Of a stretch of 64,000 bases of DNA, positions 48,787-58,887 are shown one piece after another. Origin of the DNA: Candidatus Helarchaeota archaeon (GTDB lineage Archaea > Asgardarchaeota > Lokiarchaeia > Helarchaeales > RDOG01). Positions within the stretch are counted from its first letter, which is position 1. Every line of letters begins with the position of its first letter. The stretch covers positions 96,001-160,000 of the forward strand of contig JAHPZH010000007.1 of the NCBI GenBank assembly GCA_019058315.1. Direction: 5' to 3'. The position numbers and the translations under genes are program-made. Below the pieces are notes generated by a model, which saw nothing but the letters and a program-made list of their open reading frames with translations, was not told the origin of the DNA and ran no database searches.

Positions 48787-50085
48787 TCAATATTTACCAT
48801 AAAATTTAACTGTTCGTGCAATAGAGCGCACATTTAAAATGTTCACACCCCAGTGCAAACCGTTGTCACAAGCGGCTATGTAATTCCCTCCAGATTTCAA
48901 TGCTTTAAAGGTCTCTGCGACTGCTTGGTACACTTCTTGTGGTGATTTCGCATATTGCGCCACTTCTACACAAGATATTCCTCCAATCAAGCATAACTTA
49001 TCCCCATACCTCTCTTTAAGCTCGTATAAATTATTTACTGTTGCTTCGCAACCATGGAAACCATCTATTTGGGATTCAACTATTGCATCCATAAAATCCC
49101 AAGGTTTTTCTTTGCGGGGGATTTTCATTCGACCATCTGTATGGAACAATACCCGTATATCGAGTTTGTGAGCTTTATCTACGAATTTCCTTATCCTTGT
49201 TGTATAGATTTTTCGGTACATTTCAGGTGGAATCATAGGACCATGCGACGTAGCACAATCTTCTAATAGGATAACTGCTTTGATCCCCGCATCTGCATAA
49301 ATTTTCAATAATTCTAAATAAAATTTCAAAACTTCATCTAAAAGATTAAGATATGGTCCAGAACCCTTTTTATATTCTTTATACAATCCTGAAAAGAATT
49401 TATTCATATTACTTAATCCATAAATTTGATGCCATGTTTCAAAGAAACCCAGAATTCCAGGAATTAGAAGTTTATCTTCACCAAATTTTTTCTCAACTTT
49501 TTTATGAAACCCTAATTTTCCTTCAAGGTCATTAGTTTTTATATTTTCTATATATTTTTCCATTTGTATTTCAGGATCACTAAATAGAGCATCAACAGCT
49601 CTTATATTACCCCATTCATCAATATCGTGTAAGACGTAACTTTCATTTACCAAAAATTTTTGAATTTTATTATTCACCTTTTTTTTTGTAAAACCCCTCA
49701 TTAACCCAGGAAAGCCAAAAATAATAGTACCATCTACTCCAAGACGAAGTATTTGGGGGAGTAAACTTGCTGTTGCAAAATATATAAAATCATATGTTGT
49801 AGGTTGTTGAAGTAAACTACCAGTTAACGCATCAATAGGCAAGATTTTTCTAATCAAACTTTTATTTCTACTTTTAGGAATAAATCCATATAGTTCCCTT
49901 GTAGCCTTTATAAGTTCTTCATAAATATGAAGTTTGTCAAGCCATTTTTTCAATTTTCGAGGCCAATAATCTTGAAATAGGGCAATTTGTGCTAAAACAT
50001 AAGGATCCATTCCAAGTTCCATATAAGGAACTTGATCAGGTTCCTCTTTATTCAGGGCTGTTAACATTCTTTCTTTTGAGTTCAA
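48787..50085 (-). CDS. Uroporphyrinogen decarboxylase/MtaA-like family protein
   Basis: MNSKERMLTALNKEEPDQVP, ED..GPMIPP, FHTDG, LKERYGDKLCLIGG. Confidence 0.85.
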   Translation of the reverse strand: MNSKERMLTALNKEEPDQVPYMELGMDPYVLAQIALFQDYWPRKLKKWLDKLHIYEELIKATRELYGFIPKSRNKSLIRKILPIDALTGSLLQQPTTYDFIYFATASLLPQILRLGVDGTIIFGFPGLMRGFTKKKVNNKIQKFLVNESYVLHDIDEWGNIRAVDALFSDPEIQMEKYIENIKTNDLEGKLGFHKKVEKKFGEDKLLIPGILGFFETWHQIYGLSNMNKFFSGLYKEYKKGSGPYLNLLDEVLKFYLELLKIYADAGIKAVILLEDCATSHGPMIPPEMYRKIYTTRIRKFVDKAHKLDIRVLFHTDGRMKIPRKEKPWDFMDAIVESQIDGFHGCEATVNNLYELKERYGDKLCLIGGISCVEVAQYAKSPQEVYQAVAETFKALKSGGNYIAACDNGLHWGVNILNVRSIARTVKFYGKY

Positions 50086-50100
50086 GATTATCCGCTAGAA

Positions 50101-50877
50101 TTAATATTTTTTTATTATTTCTAATAAATCATCATGAATTTTTGTTCCATTAGTTGCTAATAGATTTTTTGAATCAAAAGTAAAAGAATTCCCGTTAAAA
50201 TCTGTGGTTTTTCCTCCAGCTTCTTTGACCATTATCCATCCTGCTGCAACATCCCAAGATCTTACTCCAATCATAAAAAATGTTTCCACTCTTCCCGAGG
50301 CAACCATACACAATTCAAGTGCTGCAGAACCTATTTGACGAACGTAATTATTTGTCAATTTTAACTCACCATAGATTTTTCCTACTTTTTTTCTTGCTTC
50401 TTCGTCACGTGAATTACAAAAAGTGAAAATTGCTGCCTTCATCGAATTTTTAGAAGAGACTTTAATAGGTTTATTGTTTAGATATGCTCCCTTCCCTAAT
50501 TCAGAGTGAAATAATTCATCTTGAGGAGGATAGTAAACCACCCCTAAAATTGGTTCTTTATTTTTAAGGAGTGCAATTGAAACATTAAAAAAGGGATTTT
50601 TCATAGAGAAGTTGGTTGTACCATCAAGAGGGTCGACGCACCAAAGAAAATCTGAATCCGAATCCTGAAGTCCTGCTTCTTCACTTAAAATTGCATGATT
50701 AGGAAAACTTTTTTTAATTATATCTAAAATTACTTTTTCAGCTTCAAGATCTGCTTCCGTTACGATACTCCGGTCTTTTTTATAACTTTTTTTTATTACT
50801 TTACCGTAAAATTTCATAATTGTTTTACCAGCTTTTTTTGCAGCCTTTGTTGCAACAGATAAAAATTTGTTAGACAA
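50101..50877 (-). CDS. suhB: Inositol monophosphatase/FBPase
   Basis: VTEAD, SEE, DPLDGTTNF, WDVAAG. Confidence 0.92.
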   Translation of the reverse strand: MSNKFLSVATKAAKKAGKTIMKFYGKVIKKSYKKDRSIVTEADLEAEKVILDIIKKSFPNHAILSEEAGLQDSDSDFLWCVDPLDGTTNFSMKNPFFNVSIALLKNKEPILGVVYYPPQDELFHSELGKGAYLNNKPIKVSSKNSMKAAIFTFCNSRDEEARKKVGKIYGELKLTNNYVRQIGSAALELCMVASGRVETFFMIGVRSWDVAAGWIMVKEAGGKTTDFNGNSFTFDSKNLLATNGTKIHDDLLEIIKKY

Positions 50878-50943
50878 TACATATTACCTTCTGATAGTTC
50901 AATAATTTAGTAGAGTTTGAAAGAATATTAATTTAATTATCAT

Positions 50944-51414
50944 TTATTTTTTAATATTTTTAGGGGTAATTGGAGCATTTTCAGATATTGTGTCAAAAAC
51001 AATCATGGTTTCTGTTCTTTCAACACCTTCCCAAGATCTTACACCCGTTCCTTTTTCGAAAATTAAATTCCCAAGTTCTTCTGTTGAACTTAATCTGACT
51101 TTTGCTATTATATCAAATTGACCAGCAGTTGCATGAACCTCTTCAACTCCTTCAAGATTTGCCAATTTTTTCGCAATTTCCTTAACACTTTTTTCTGAAC
51201 CAATAATTACATTAACAAATGCTGTGACAGGTCTTCCTATTTTTTTATGGTCAATCAAAGCTCTATATCCCTTAATAATTCCAAGATCTTCAAGTTTTTT
51301 AATCCTTAAATGCGTAGTCGATATAGGAAGTTCTGTATCTTTTGCAATGGATGTTACTTTTCTCTTTGAATCTCTTTGTAATTCCATTAGAACTTTAGAA
51401 TCTTTTTTGTCCAT
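50944..51414 (-). CDS. Lrp/AsnC family regulator
   Basis: N-terminal HTH, RIKKLEDLGIIKGY, RAM domain AGQFD. Confidence 0.93.
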   Translation of the reverse strand: MDKKDSKVLMELQRDSKRKVTSIAKDTELPISTTHLRIKKLEDLGIIKGYRALIDHKKIGRPVTAFVNVIIGSEKSVKEIAKKLANLEGVEEVHATAGQFDIIAKVRLSSTEELGNLIFEKGTGVRSWEGVERTETMIVFDTISENAPITPKNIKK

Positions 51415-51569
51415 ACAATCACATTTTTTCCAAAATTTTTAATGATTTCATGTACTCTATACAACTATTTTATATAAACCTACATATCTTCCAGAAATAT
51501 TTTAAAAATCTGTATTTTTTACAATTTTTTTAGAAATAAGTATAAATCAGATTAATTATTTGTCTACTT

Positions 51570-52820
51570 ATGAAAAAAATAACAGAAATTTTAGAAATTA
51601 TTGAGGCAAACGACAATTATAGAAGAAATACTCTTAACATGATAGCATCTGAGAATATAACAAGCCCTTTGGTATCTTACTTTTATAATAATGGGTTCAA
51701 GCACAGGTATGCATGTGGTAGAATTAATGAAAGGACATTTGCTGGTTGTAGGTGGGTGGATGAATTAGAATCCATAACTGAAGAATTAGTTAAGGAATTA
51801 TTTAGGTGTAAATATGTAAATCTCTACCCAATTGCTGGAGTAGTAGCAAATTTGATATCATATATATCAATTCTTAGAAAAGGTGATAAGGTATGTGTAG
51901 TAGAACCATCATGTGGGAGTCATTACAGCCATCATAAAAGAGGTATGCTGGGTATATCAGGAATGAACCCTATTTTTCTTCCATTCGATCTAGAAGAAGT
52001 GAATATTGATTTAGATAAAACTGAAAAGATAATTAAGAAGGAAAATCCATCTATGTTGATACTGGGTGCAAGTGAAATGCTTTTCCCAGTGCCTATTGAA
52101 GAAATTCGAGAGTTTTATAATAAAATTATACTTTTTGATAGCGCACATGTTCTGGGATTGATAGCAGGGGGAAAATTTCAGAAACCTCTTGATGAAGGAG
52201 CAGATTTAATAAGTACTTCAACTCATAAAACGTTCTTTGGTCCACAAGGCGGAATGCTTCTTACTAATAGCAGTGAAATTTACGAAAAAACTTTGAATAG
52301 AACTTTTGATATTATATCTAATCATCATATTCATAGATTACCTTCACTAGCTATCGCATGTCTGGAAATGCTCGAATTTGGCAAAGATTATGCTCAGACC
52401 ATTGTTAGAAATGCTAAAGCCCTCGGGAATTATCTATTTCAAAATGGAATGGATATATTAGGGCATAATAAAGGTTTTACAGAAAGCCATCAGATTATAA
52501 TGGATGTATCTAAACTTGGAAATAATATTGAAACATTAAAAAAACTAGAATCTGCTAATATAATTACTAGTCCTTGTCCAATTCCTGGAAATTTTAAAGA
52601 AGATACTGGGATTCGATTTGGGGTTCAGGAACTGACAAGAATGGGAATGAACGTAAATGAGATGAAATTTATAAGTGAATTGATTTCAAAACTTCTTAAC
52701 GGTGAAAAATCTGAGGGTCAAATAAGAAATGAAGTTATGTCTTTTGTACATGATTTTGAAAAAATTCACTATACCTTTGAAAACCCTGCTTTTATGTTAA
52801 ATACAGAGTTAATTTCATAG
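51570..52820 (+). CDS. glyA: Serine hydroxymethyltransferase-family PLP enzyme (divergent)
   Basis: MIASEN, DSAHVLGLIAGG, STHKTFFGPQGG, GIRFGVQELTR. Confidence 0.8.
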   Translation: MKKITEILEIIEANDNYRRNTLNMIASENITSPLVSYFYNNGFKHRYACGRINERTFAGCRWVDELESITEELVKELFRCKYVNLYPIAGVVANLISYISILRKGDKVCVVEPSCGSHYSHHKRGMLGISGMNPIFLPFDLEEVNIDLDKTEKIIKKENPSMLILGASEMLFPVPIEEIREFYNKIILFDSAHVLGLIAGGKFQKPLDEGADLISTSTHKTFFGPQGGMLLTNSSEIYEKTLNRTFDIISNHHIHRLPSLAIACLEMLEFGKDYAQTIVRNAKALGNYLFQNGMDILGHNKGFTESHQIIMDVSKLGNNIETLKKLESANIITSPCPIPGNFKEDTGIRFGVQELTRMGMNVNEMKFISELISKLLNGEKSEGQIRNEVMSFVHDFEKIHYTFENPAFMLNTELIS

Positions 52821-52922
52821 GTTAAATCAAAAAATCCCCATTTTTTATAAGTCTGACCTTATCTTTATCTTTCAAAAAGATAAAAATTCTTTTAAGAATC
52901 GTTTGATAATTCCAAATATTAA

Positions 52923-54182
52923 GTGACTTTGAAAATGGGTTCAAATAAAACTAAAGGAAAAAAGCAAATAACCTATGTTCCTGCAACAGAACTGAAAAGA
53001 ACTCAAGTTCAAATGAGACGATGGAGTTCTGGACATAGAACAATATTCTTTTTAATTTCTACAGTGCATGATATTGCAATCGGCATCTATACTTTCTTAT
53101 TTAACCATATTATTGATAAATTTCCATTCCCATTAAGAAAATTATTGTATAGGTTTTTATATAGGGTAAAAATCGGTAAGGGAACCTATATTGATAATGG
53201 TCTTTACAGTTGTTGGGATATAAGTCATATTTCGATTGGTAAGAACACATACATTGATAGAGATGTAACTCTATGGACTCCGATTCATGAAATAAAAATT
53301 GGTAATAATGTTAAAATTGGTCGCGAGGCTCAAGTTTACACAGTTCAACATAATCTTGATGATCCCGAATTCGATTATATCGGAAATTCTGTAATAATTC
53401 GCGACAATGCTGTTATTGGAGCTTATTCAATTATTTTTGCTGGAACGATAATAAAAGAGGGTCAAAAAATACCACCTAATACAATTGTTTTTTCAAGAAA
53501 TCCTAAATATACTATAGCTATGATGCAAAAAGGGTTGGAGAAGCAAGTAAAGGATGAGGATATTGATACCAGAACATATTTATGGAAAACAATGCAGGAA
53601 GAATTTGTAAAAAAGGAATCTCAGAAATATATTAATACAATGCTTTCTCGGATAATGGAATTCGGTAAATATAGTAAAAATGAAGTAAAACGACTAAAGA
53701 AAAAAATGAGAGGCTTCTTTTGGGGCAAAATTCCTTCGTTTACTGTTAGAATGTTCATATATAGACATATTTACAAGATGAAAATTGGCAAACTTACACA
53801 TATTCACGAGAATTTCTTCTGTATTAATCCCTCTAATATAAAGATTGATAAAACCACAATTATAGGAAATAATGTCTTCATGGATGGGAGACAAAAAATC
53901 GAAATTGGCACAAATTGTCAAGTAAATGGTGAAGTGATTCTCTTGACTGAAACAAAAGATAGAAAAGGTCCAATTAAAATTGAAGATTATGCTTGGGTAG
54001 CAGCTCGTTCTACCATTTTACCTGGAGTTACTATAGGAAAAGGTGCAGTAGTTTCTGGCGGCTCATTAGTTACTGAAGATGTGCCTCCATATAACATCGT
54101 GGGAGGATGTCCTGCTAAATCTATGAAAATAAGAAATAAAGATTTGCGATATACTTTATCTTTTAGAAGACTTTTAGCCTAA
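52923..54182 (+). CDS. Tandem hexapeptide-repeat (LbH) O-acyltransferase
   Basis: Two WcaF/maltose acetyltransferase-like halves; ILPGVTIGKGAVV..VGGCPAK. Confidence 0.82.
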   Translation: MTLKMGSNKTKGKKQITYVPATELKRTQVQMRRWSSGHRTIFFLISTVHDIAIGIYTFLFNHIIDKFPFPLRKLLYRFLYRVKIGKGTYIDNGLYSCWDISHISIGKNTYIDRDVTLWTPIHEIKIGNNVKIGREAQVYTVQHNLDDPEFDYIGNSVIIRDNAVIGAYSIIFAGTIIKEGQKIPPNTIVFSRNPKYTIAMMQKGLEKQVKDEDIDTRTYLWKTMQEEFVKKESQKYINTMLSRIMEFGKYSKNEVKRLKKKMRGFFWGKIPSFTVRMFIYRHIYKMKIGKLTHIHENFFCINPSNIKIDKTTIIGNNVFMDGRQKIEIGTNCQVNGEVILLTETKDRKGPIKIEDYAWVAARSTILPGVTIGKGAVVSGGSLVTEDVPPYNIVGGCPAKSMKIRNKDLRYTLSFRRLLA

Positions 54183-54971
54183 TTTAAAAATAGGTGGCAT
54201 TTTTCTTTTATGTTCTGTTCTTTTAACTATATTTATAATTCTTTGAACCTCATCTAAAGACAATTTTAATTCGTTCGTAATTTCTTTTTCACTCATTTTC
54301 AACTCTAAATATCCATACAAGATCAGATCTAATACTCTATATTGAATGCCCAATTCTCCTTCGTCTGTTTGTCCTATCCATAAACCAGCTGATGGAGGTT
54401 TCTCTATAATCGCCTTAGGAATTTCAAGATATCTTGCTAATTCCCAGACCTGAGTCTTATATAAATCCCCAATTGGTTCAAAATCAACCCCTCCGTCTCC
54501 ATATTTCGTAAAATAACCGACATATAATTCTGCTTTATTACCTGTTCCGATTACTAATCTGTTTAAAAGATTTGCATGATAATATAGAATCTGCATGCGA
54601 ATTCTAGGTCTGAGGTTTCCTGCCACAAGTTTATTTTCAGGGTCAAAATGGCTACACATATTATTGAAGCTATTTATCATGGGTGTAATATTTATGGTTT
54701 CATAGTTAATTTCCAAGGATTTTGCTAGATTTTCTGCATCTTCCATATCTTTCGGATCTGATTTATTTTCTGGTAATAATAAACCTAAAACTGAGTCTGC
54801 TCCTAATGCTTCAACGCTTAATTTCGTTGTTAATGCAGAATCAATCCCTCCACTTATCCCTAAAACAACTCCATTACTTCTTGCGCCATTAACATAATTC
54901 TTAATAAATTCTATTATCTTTTTGGATGTAATTTCAAAATCAATCTTTAATCTTTCTCTAGTAAGATTCAT
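54174..54971 (-). CDS. nadE: NH3-dependent NAD+ synthetase
   Basis: GISGGIDS, GNLRPRIR, GYFTKYGDGG, PPSAGLW..QTDE. Confidence 0.96.
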   Translation of the reverse strand: MNLTRERLKIDFEITSKKIIEFIKNYVNGARSNGVVLGISGGIDSALTTKLSVEALGADSVLGLLLPENKSDPKDMEDAENLAKSLEINYETINITPMINSFNNMCSHFDPENKLVAGNLRPRIRMQILYYHANLLNRLVIGTGNKAELYVGYFTKYGDGGVDFEPIGDLYKTQVWELARYLEIPKAIIEKPPSAGLWIGQTDEGELGIQYRVLDLILYGYLELKMSEKEITNELKLSLDEVQRIINIVKRTEHKRKMPPIFKLG

Positions 54972-54993
54972 AATCTACCCTACCAACAATCTA

Positions 54994-55704
54994 TTATAGG
55001 TCTATACTGAATTTCCTAAATCTATCTTGTTTTAAATTTATTGCATGTTCATATGAATAAATTATCTCCCCAAGCACTGTAACTGTTTCAAGAGATTCTG
55101 GATCGATCGATATCTGTATGTCAGCGGATTCTTCGGTCTCTTTAGTAAAAGAACCGTGAGGGAATCCACCAATTAGAGATATTATATGAAATGGTTTAGG
55201 TTTTTCTTCAAAAAAATTATTTAAATCGACAGGTTTTCCTTTTTCATAAAAAAGTATTACTTCATTAGGATTTAATTCACTGATTAAATCTTTCAATGTC
55301 AGATTTTCTAGAATCATTAATGGTTCTTTATCTGGGGGGACTTTATGTGTTTCAAAAAGTTGTTCTATAAGTCCCACAAATCTATTATAATTCTTTGGAA
55401 TTCTAATTGAGGGATTCAACTTAATGACTTTGTTTTGTCTTGTATGAACAAATATATTCAATAAACCTGATTTAAAAAGAGGGCTATTTATTGCCAATAA
55501 TAAAGAAACGTGCACAATGTCAGGCCGTCCCCTTTTTTCTCTTTCTGAGAGTTCTTTCATTATATTATGATGAAGCGAAGTATCTAGTAGTAAATTTTTT
55601 GGTTTTTTATTTCTTTTCTTGGCTAATTTTTTTACTGAAGAATATTTTGTTAACTCTAATGGAAGGGGTTCAAGTGCTGATTCGACTAAAATTATGGTTA
55701 GCAT
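54994..55704 (-). CDS. nep1: 16S rRNA pseudouridine-N1-methyltransferase Nep1/Emg1
   Basis: ESALE, RGRPDIVH, RIPKNYNRF, IGGFPHG. Confidence 0.94.
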   Translation of the reverse strand: MLTIILVESALEPLPLELTKYSSVKKLAKKRNKKPKNLLLDTSLHHNIMKELSEREKRGRPDIVHVSLLLAINSPLFKSGLLNIFVHTRQNKVIKLNPSIRIPKNYNRFVGLIEQLFETHKVPPDKEPLMILENLTLKDLISELNPNEVILFYEKGKPVDLNNFFEEKPKPFHIISLIGGFPHGSFTKETEESADIQISIDPESLETVTVLGEIIYSYEHAINLKQDRFRKFSIDL

Positions 55705-55727
55705 TTCAAGTCTTTAATGTCCAATAA

Positions 55728-57446
55728 TTAAAAATCTAATGGATCAATATCTAAGCCGGGAAAATTAATCCAATTAGTTAGATTTTTCCTTTGATAAATA
55801 AATAACATATCATTTACTTGACCAAATCCTGGATATATAGCAATCAAGTTATATTCTGAATTAAGAACTTCAGTAATATTTTTACCAAAGAAAATTTCAA
55901 GATCAAATTTCTCGGTAAGGAACGTAAAGAAAGCCTGACCAAGAGTAAATAAAGCCATAGTAGTATAGTTTGACTTTAATTGATGGTATAGAATTTCTCC
56001 GTTTAATACATGATAATACAAACAGACACATGAAAATAATCCGAAGGGTTCATACCAATGGTGGTAAGAAAAATAAGACATTTCATTTCCTGGCATGAGA
56101 TTTCTATCAGATTGTGTTGTTAAAGCACATTCATAAGTTGCAATATAGCCCCAAGGCGGCGAAGCAATTCCAATGAAATCGGAAACTTCCTGATACTGTT
56201 TTATATCATTAATTAAAATTCGTTCAGAAAAGGGACGACCTGCACGAGGAATAACAAATTGATTAATTTGGGGAAGTGTTGTTAACGGTATTACACAAAT
56301 TAATCCTATAAAAATAAATTTCTGATAATTCTTTTGAAATAATTTAAAATTTGTAAAACGAAATCTGCCATATCTAAAAAATTTAATAAGACCTATAAAA
56401 ACTACTAGAATGGTTATAGGCAAGATCGAAGTAATATATTCAGCAAATAATGTAGCTAACATCATGTAAACACCTATCACTACTAACTGAGTGAGAAATA
56501 TGAGAAAAATTACTTCATAATTTCTAAAGATCGTTTTAATATCATTTTTTATTACTAAGGCAAAAAAGAGAAAAATTGGCAAGAATATTATAAAAATTGA
56601 GATTACTAAATATTGTAATAATGCATCAAAAATAAGAACTATTCTTCCAAAAATCCCTAAACCAATATTTAGAGTCAAATTTCTATTAGAATGAACTCCA
56701 ATTAGATTATAAAGGGATCTATTTAATGAACCACTTTCGAGAAAGTCAATTAAAAAGATTGGACCATAAATAATTATTAGTGTTATAGCCGAAATCATTA
56801 AATATTTTATTAAATTCTTTAATAGGTCCATTTTTGATGTTTTATTCCATTCCTTAATGGCTATCCAACAAGAGAGAAATATTGGGAGAGCTGCAATATT
56901 CAAACGTACTCCACCCGCTAACCCCATGAAAACAATTGAAATAGTATATTTCCAACTTTCTTTCATATCAGTTGAATATATATAAAGGCCTAGAACAATA
57001 AAAAAAAGCGTTAAAGTGTACGTTTTGGTAATTATTAAATTATATAAAATCCACCAAGCTATAGACATAGCTAAAACAGTATAAATGCCAGCCATTTCAA
57101 ATTCTACATTTTTTCCTATTTTAATTATGAGAAACGCTGTTATAAATAAAAATACAAATGTAATTATTCTACTATTTAGTAAATTATTGCCAAATATTAG
57201 TAAAGGTAGTCCATATACATATAATAAAACTGGGGACTGAGTAAAGAAAAAATCAACATAAGGAATAAATCCCTCCCAGACTAATTTCGCACAATATGTG
57301 TAAAAATTTTCATCTACGTTTACATGACTTGTAAAAAGGAGAAATAAGCTATTAAAAGCAAAAAAAATAAGAACATAAATAGAATATTGATTGGATTTTA
57401 TCTTTATACTTTCCTTAAAATCTGAAATTATATTTTTAATACTCAT
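55728..57446 (-). CDS. GT-C fold membrane glycosyltransferase (ArnT/PMT-like)
   Basis: DENFY..G.IPYVDFFFTQSP loop after TM1, about 12 TM, C-terminal soluble domain. Confidence 0.75.
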   Translation of the reverse strand: MSIKNIISDFKESIKIKSNQYSIYVLIFFAFNSLFLLFTSHVNVDENFYTYCAKLVWEGFIPYVDFFFTQSPVLLYVYGLPLLIFGNNLLNSRIITFVFLFITAFLIIKIGKNVEFEMAGIYTVLAMSIAWWILYNLIITKTYTLTLFFIVLGLYIYSTDMKESWKYTISIVFMGLAGGVRLNIAALPIFLSCWIAIKEWNKTSKMDLLKNLIKYLMISAITLIIIYGPIFLIDFLESGSLNRSLYNLIGVHSNRNLTLNIGLGIFGRIVLIFDALLQYLVISIFIIFLPIFLFFALVIKNDIKTIFRNYEVIFLIFLTQLVVIGVYMMLATLFAEYITSILPITILVVFIGLIKFFRYGRFRFTNFKLFQKNYQKFIFIGLICVIPLTTLPQINQFVIPRAGRPFSERILINDIKQYQEVSDFIGIASPPWGYIATYECALTTQSDRNLMPGNEMSYFSYHHWYEPFGLFSCVCLYYHVLNGEILYHQLKSNYTTMALFTLGQAFFTFLTEKFDLEIFFGKNITEVLNSEYNLIAIYPGFGQVNDMLFIYQRKNLTNWINFPGLDIDPLDF

Positions 57447-57590
57447 ATTGAGTTATTCCATAAATCAAAGAGATAATTATTAAATTTTTTGACAAATAAT
57501 GTAATAAAATTACTTAAACCTATAAATTTTATTAATTATTCCAAATGTTTCTAAATATTAACAATATAATTATAGGACGCCGAAATAATT

Positions 57591-57935
57591 TTGAAAAGAA
57601 AAGGAACTATAAAGGAAATTAGCAAAAGAATCGCTAAAAATCGTATTTATATTCTGTTAAGGAATGCTGAAAGGGTATTTTTAAAAAATAGAAACTTAGC
57701 TCAAAGATATATAGATTTGGTCCGAAAATTAAGCAGAAAATACCGTGTAAAGATTCCATATGAATACAAAATGCGTATTTGTCGTCATTGCAAATCCTAT
57801 TTATGGCCTGGAGTTAATTGTAGAGTCCGGTTAAGAAAAGATAACAATCTTAAAATAACTGTTACATGTTTTGAATGTAATAAGCAAATGAGATTAATTT
57901 ATCCTAGAAGAATTATGAAGGGTTCTCATGACTAA
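57591..57935 (+). CDS. rnp4: RNase P protein component 4 (Rpp21)
   Basis: IAKNRI..L, AQRYI, ICRHC..PG..RVR..TCFEC. Confidence 0.93.
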   Translation: MKRKGTIKEISKRIAKNRIYILLRNAERVFLKNRNLAQRYIDLVRKLSRKYRVKIPYEYKMRICRHCKSYLWPGVNCRVRLRKDNNLKITVTCFECNKQMRLIYPRRIMKGSHD

Positions 57936-58194
57936 ATCTGAAAAAATGAAAAAAATAATCATTAAGCTTTGGCAAGAACCTCCCATTTTAAATGTGGGCA
58001 AAAAAGGAGTAAATCAAAGCTTTATAGATGAATTTAAAAAACAAATTAAAATAAAGAAAGTCATTAAAGTAAAAATTTTAAAAAGTGCCTTGGATAATGA
58101 AAAAAAAGAAAAAATCATTTCTGATATTTCCAGCCAGGGAAATGCTAAATGTTTAGAAGTCCGAGGAAATCAGGCAATTTTTTCAAAAAAATAA
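57928..58194 (+). CDS. yhbY: YhbY/CRM RNA-binding protein
   Basis: PILNVGKKG..IKVKILKS..VRG; lies downstream of rnp4. Confidence 0.85.
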   Translation: MTKSEKMKKIIIKLWQEPPILNVGKKGVNQSFIDEFKKQIKIKKVIKVKILKSALDNEKKEKIISDISSQGNAKCLEVRGNQAIFSKK

Positions 58195-58214
58195 AAAGTT
58201 TTATGTGATTTAAT

Positions 58215-58871
58215 ATGAAAATTCTAAAACAAATTGGGTTTATTATAATTGCAATTGGACTTATTCTTGGTTTATATCAAGCTTATTTGTTAATTCTTAA
58301 TTATTTATACGACATTTTTGGAATTATTGAGCTAATTGGAACTATTCGTTTAGTTATACTTTTCGCAATGTTAATTGGATTCTTCATAATAATAATGGGT
58401 GGAGTAGTTGAAAATTATTTTACCAAAAAAAATGGTTTAGAATCTGTTGAAAATCCTACATCTGGCTCGACTAGGAAACGAATTTATATAATCGCTGCTA
58501 TAATCGGAGGTTTAATCATATTAGCTCTAACATTTTTAATTATATCATATTCAGGCTTTTATGTTCCACGAGAAATTAGATTATGGATCGATTTATTATC
58601 AATATTTGCAATTATTTGGTTTGCTACTTCACTACCATTATATGTGGATAAAATAAATAAAGACACATTAGAAATCCAACTATTTGGGCTTCATATACAT
58701 GAAACATTTCTGGGAATTATATTAATGGTAACAGGTTTCTTTTTTATTTTTCATCATATAATTGCATTCGATTTTGTTTTCGGAGCTTATTATTTGATTA
58801 TAGGTGCATTTTTAATGGGACGAGACATAGAAGATCTAAGACAATTTAAAATTATTGAACGTATTAAATAA
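58215..58871 (+). CDS. Multi-pass membrane protein
   Basis: Six TM segments; GLHIHETFLG and GRD. Confidence 0.65.
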   Translation: MKILKQIGFIIIAIGLILGLYQAYLLILNYLYDIFGIIELIGTIRLVILFAMLIGFFIIIMGGVVENYFTKKNGLESVENPTSGSTRKRIYIIAAIIGGLIILALTFLIISYSGFYVPREIRLWIDLLSIFAIIWFATSLPLYVDKINKDTLEIQLFGLHIHETFLGIILMVTGFFFIFHHIIAFDFVFGAYYLIIGAFLMGRDIEDLRQFKIIERIK

Positions 58872-58887
58872 CAAAATTATTAATTTT

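Noticed and set aside
51415-51569. Lrp-box-like sequences between lrp and glyA
   Set aside because: Only degenerate AT-rich matches, so sites cannot be defined.
52864-52884. Inverted repeat TTTATCTTT-caa-AAAGATAAA
   Set aside because: Single and very AT-rich; could be a terminator or operator but is not distinguishable from chance.
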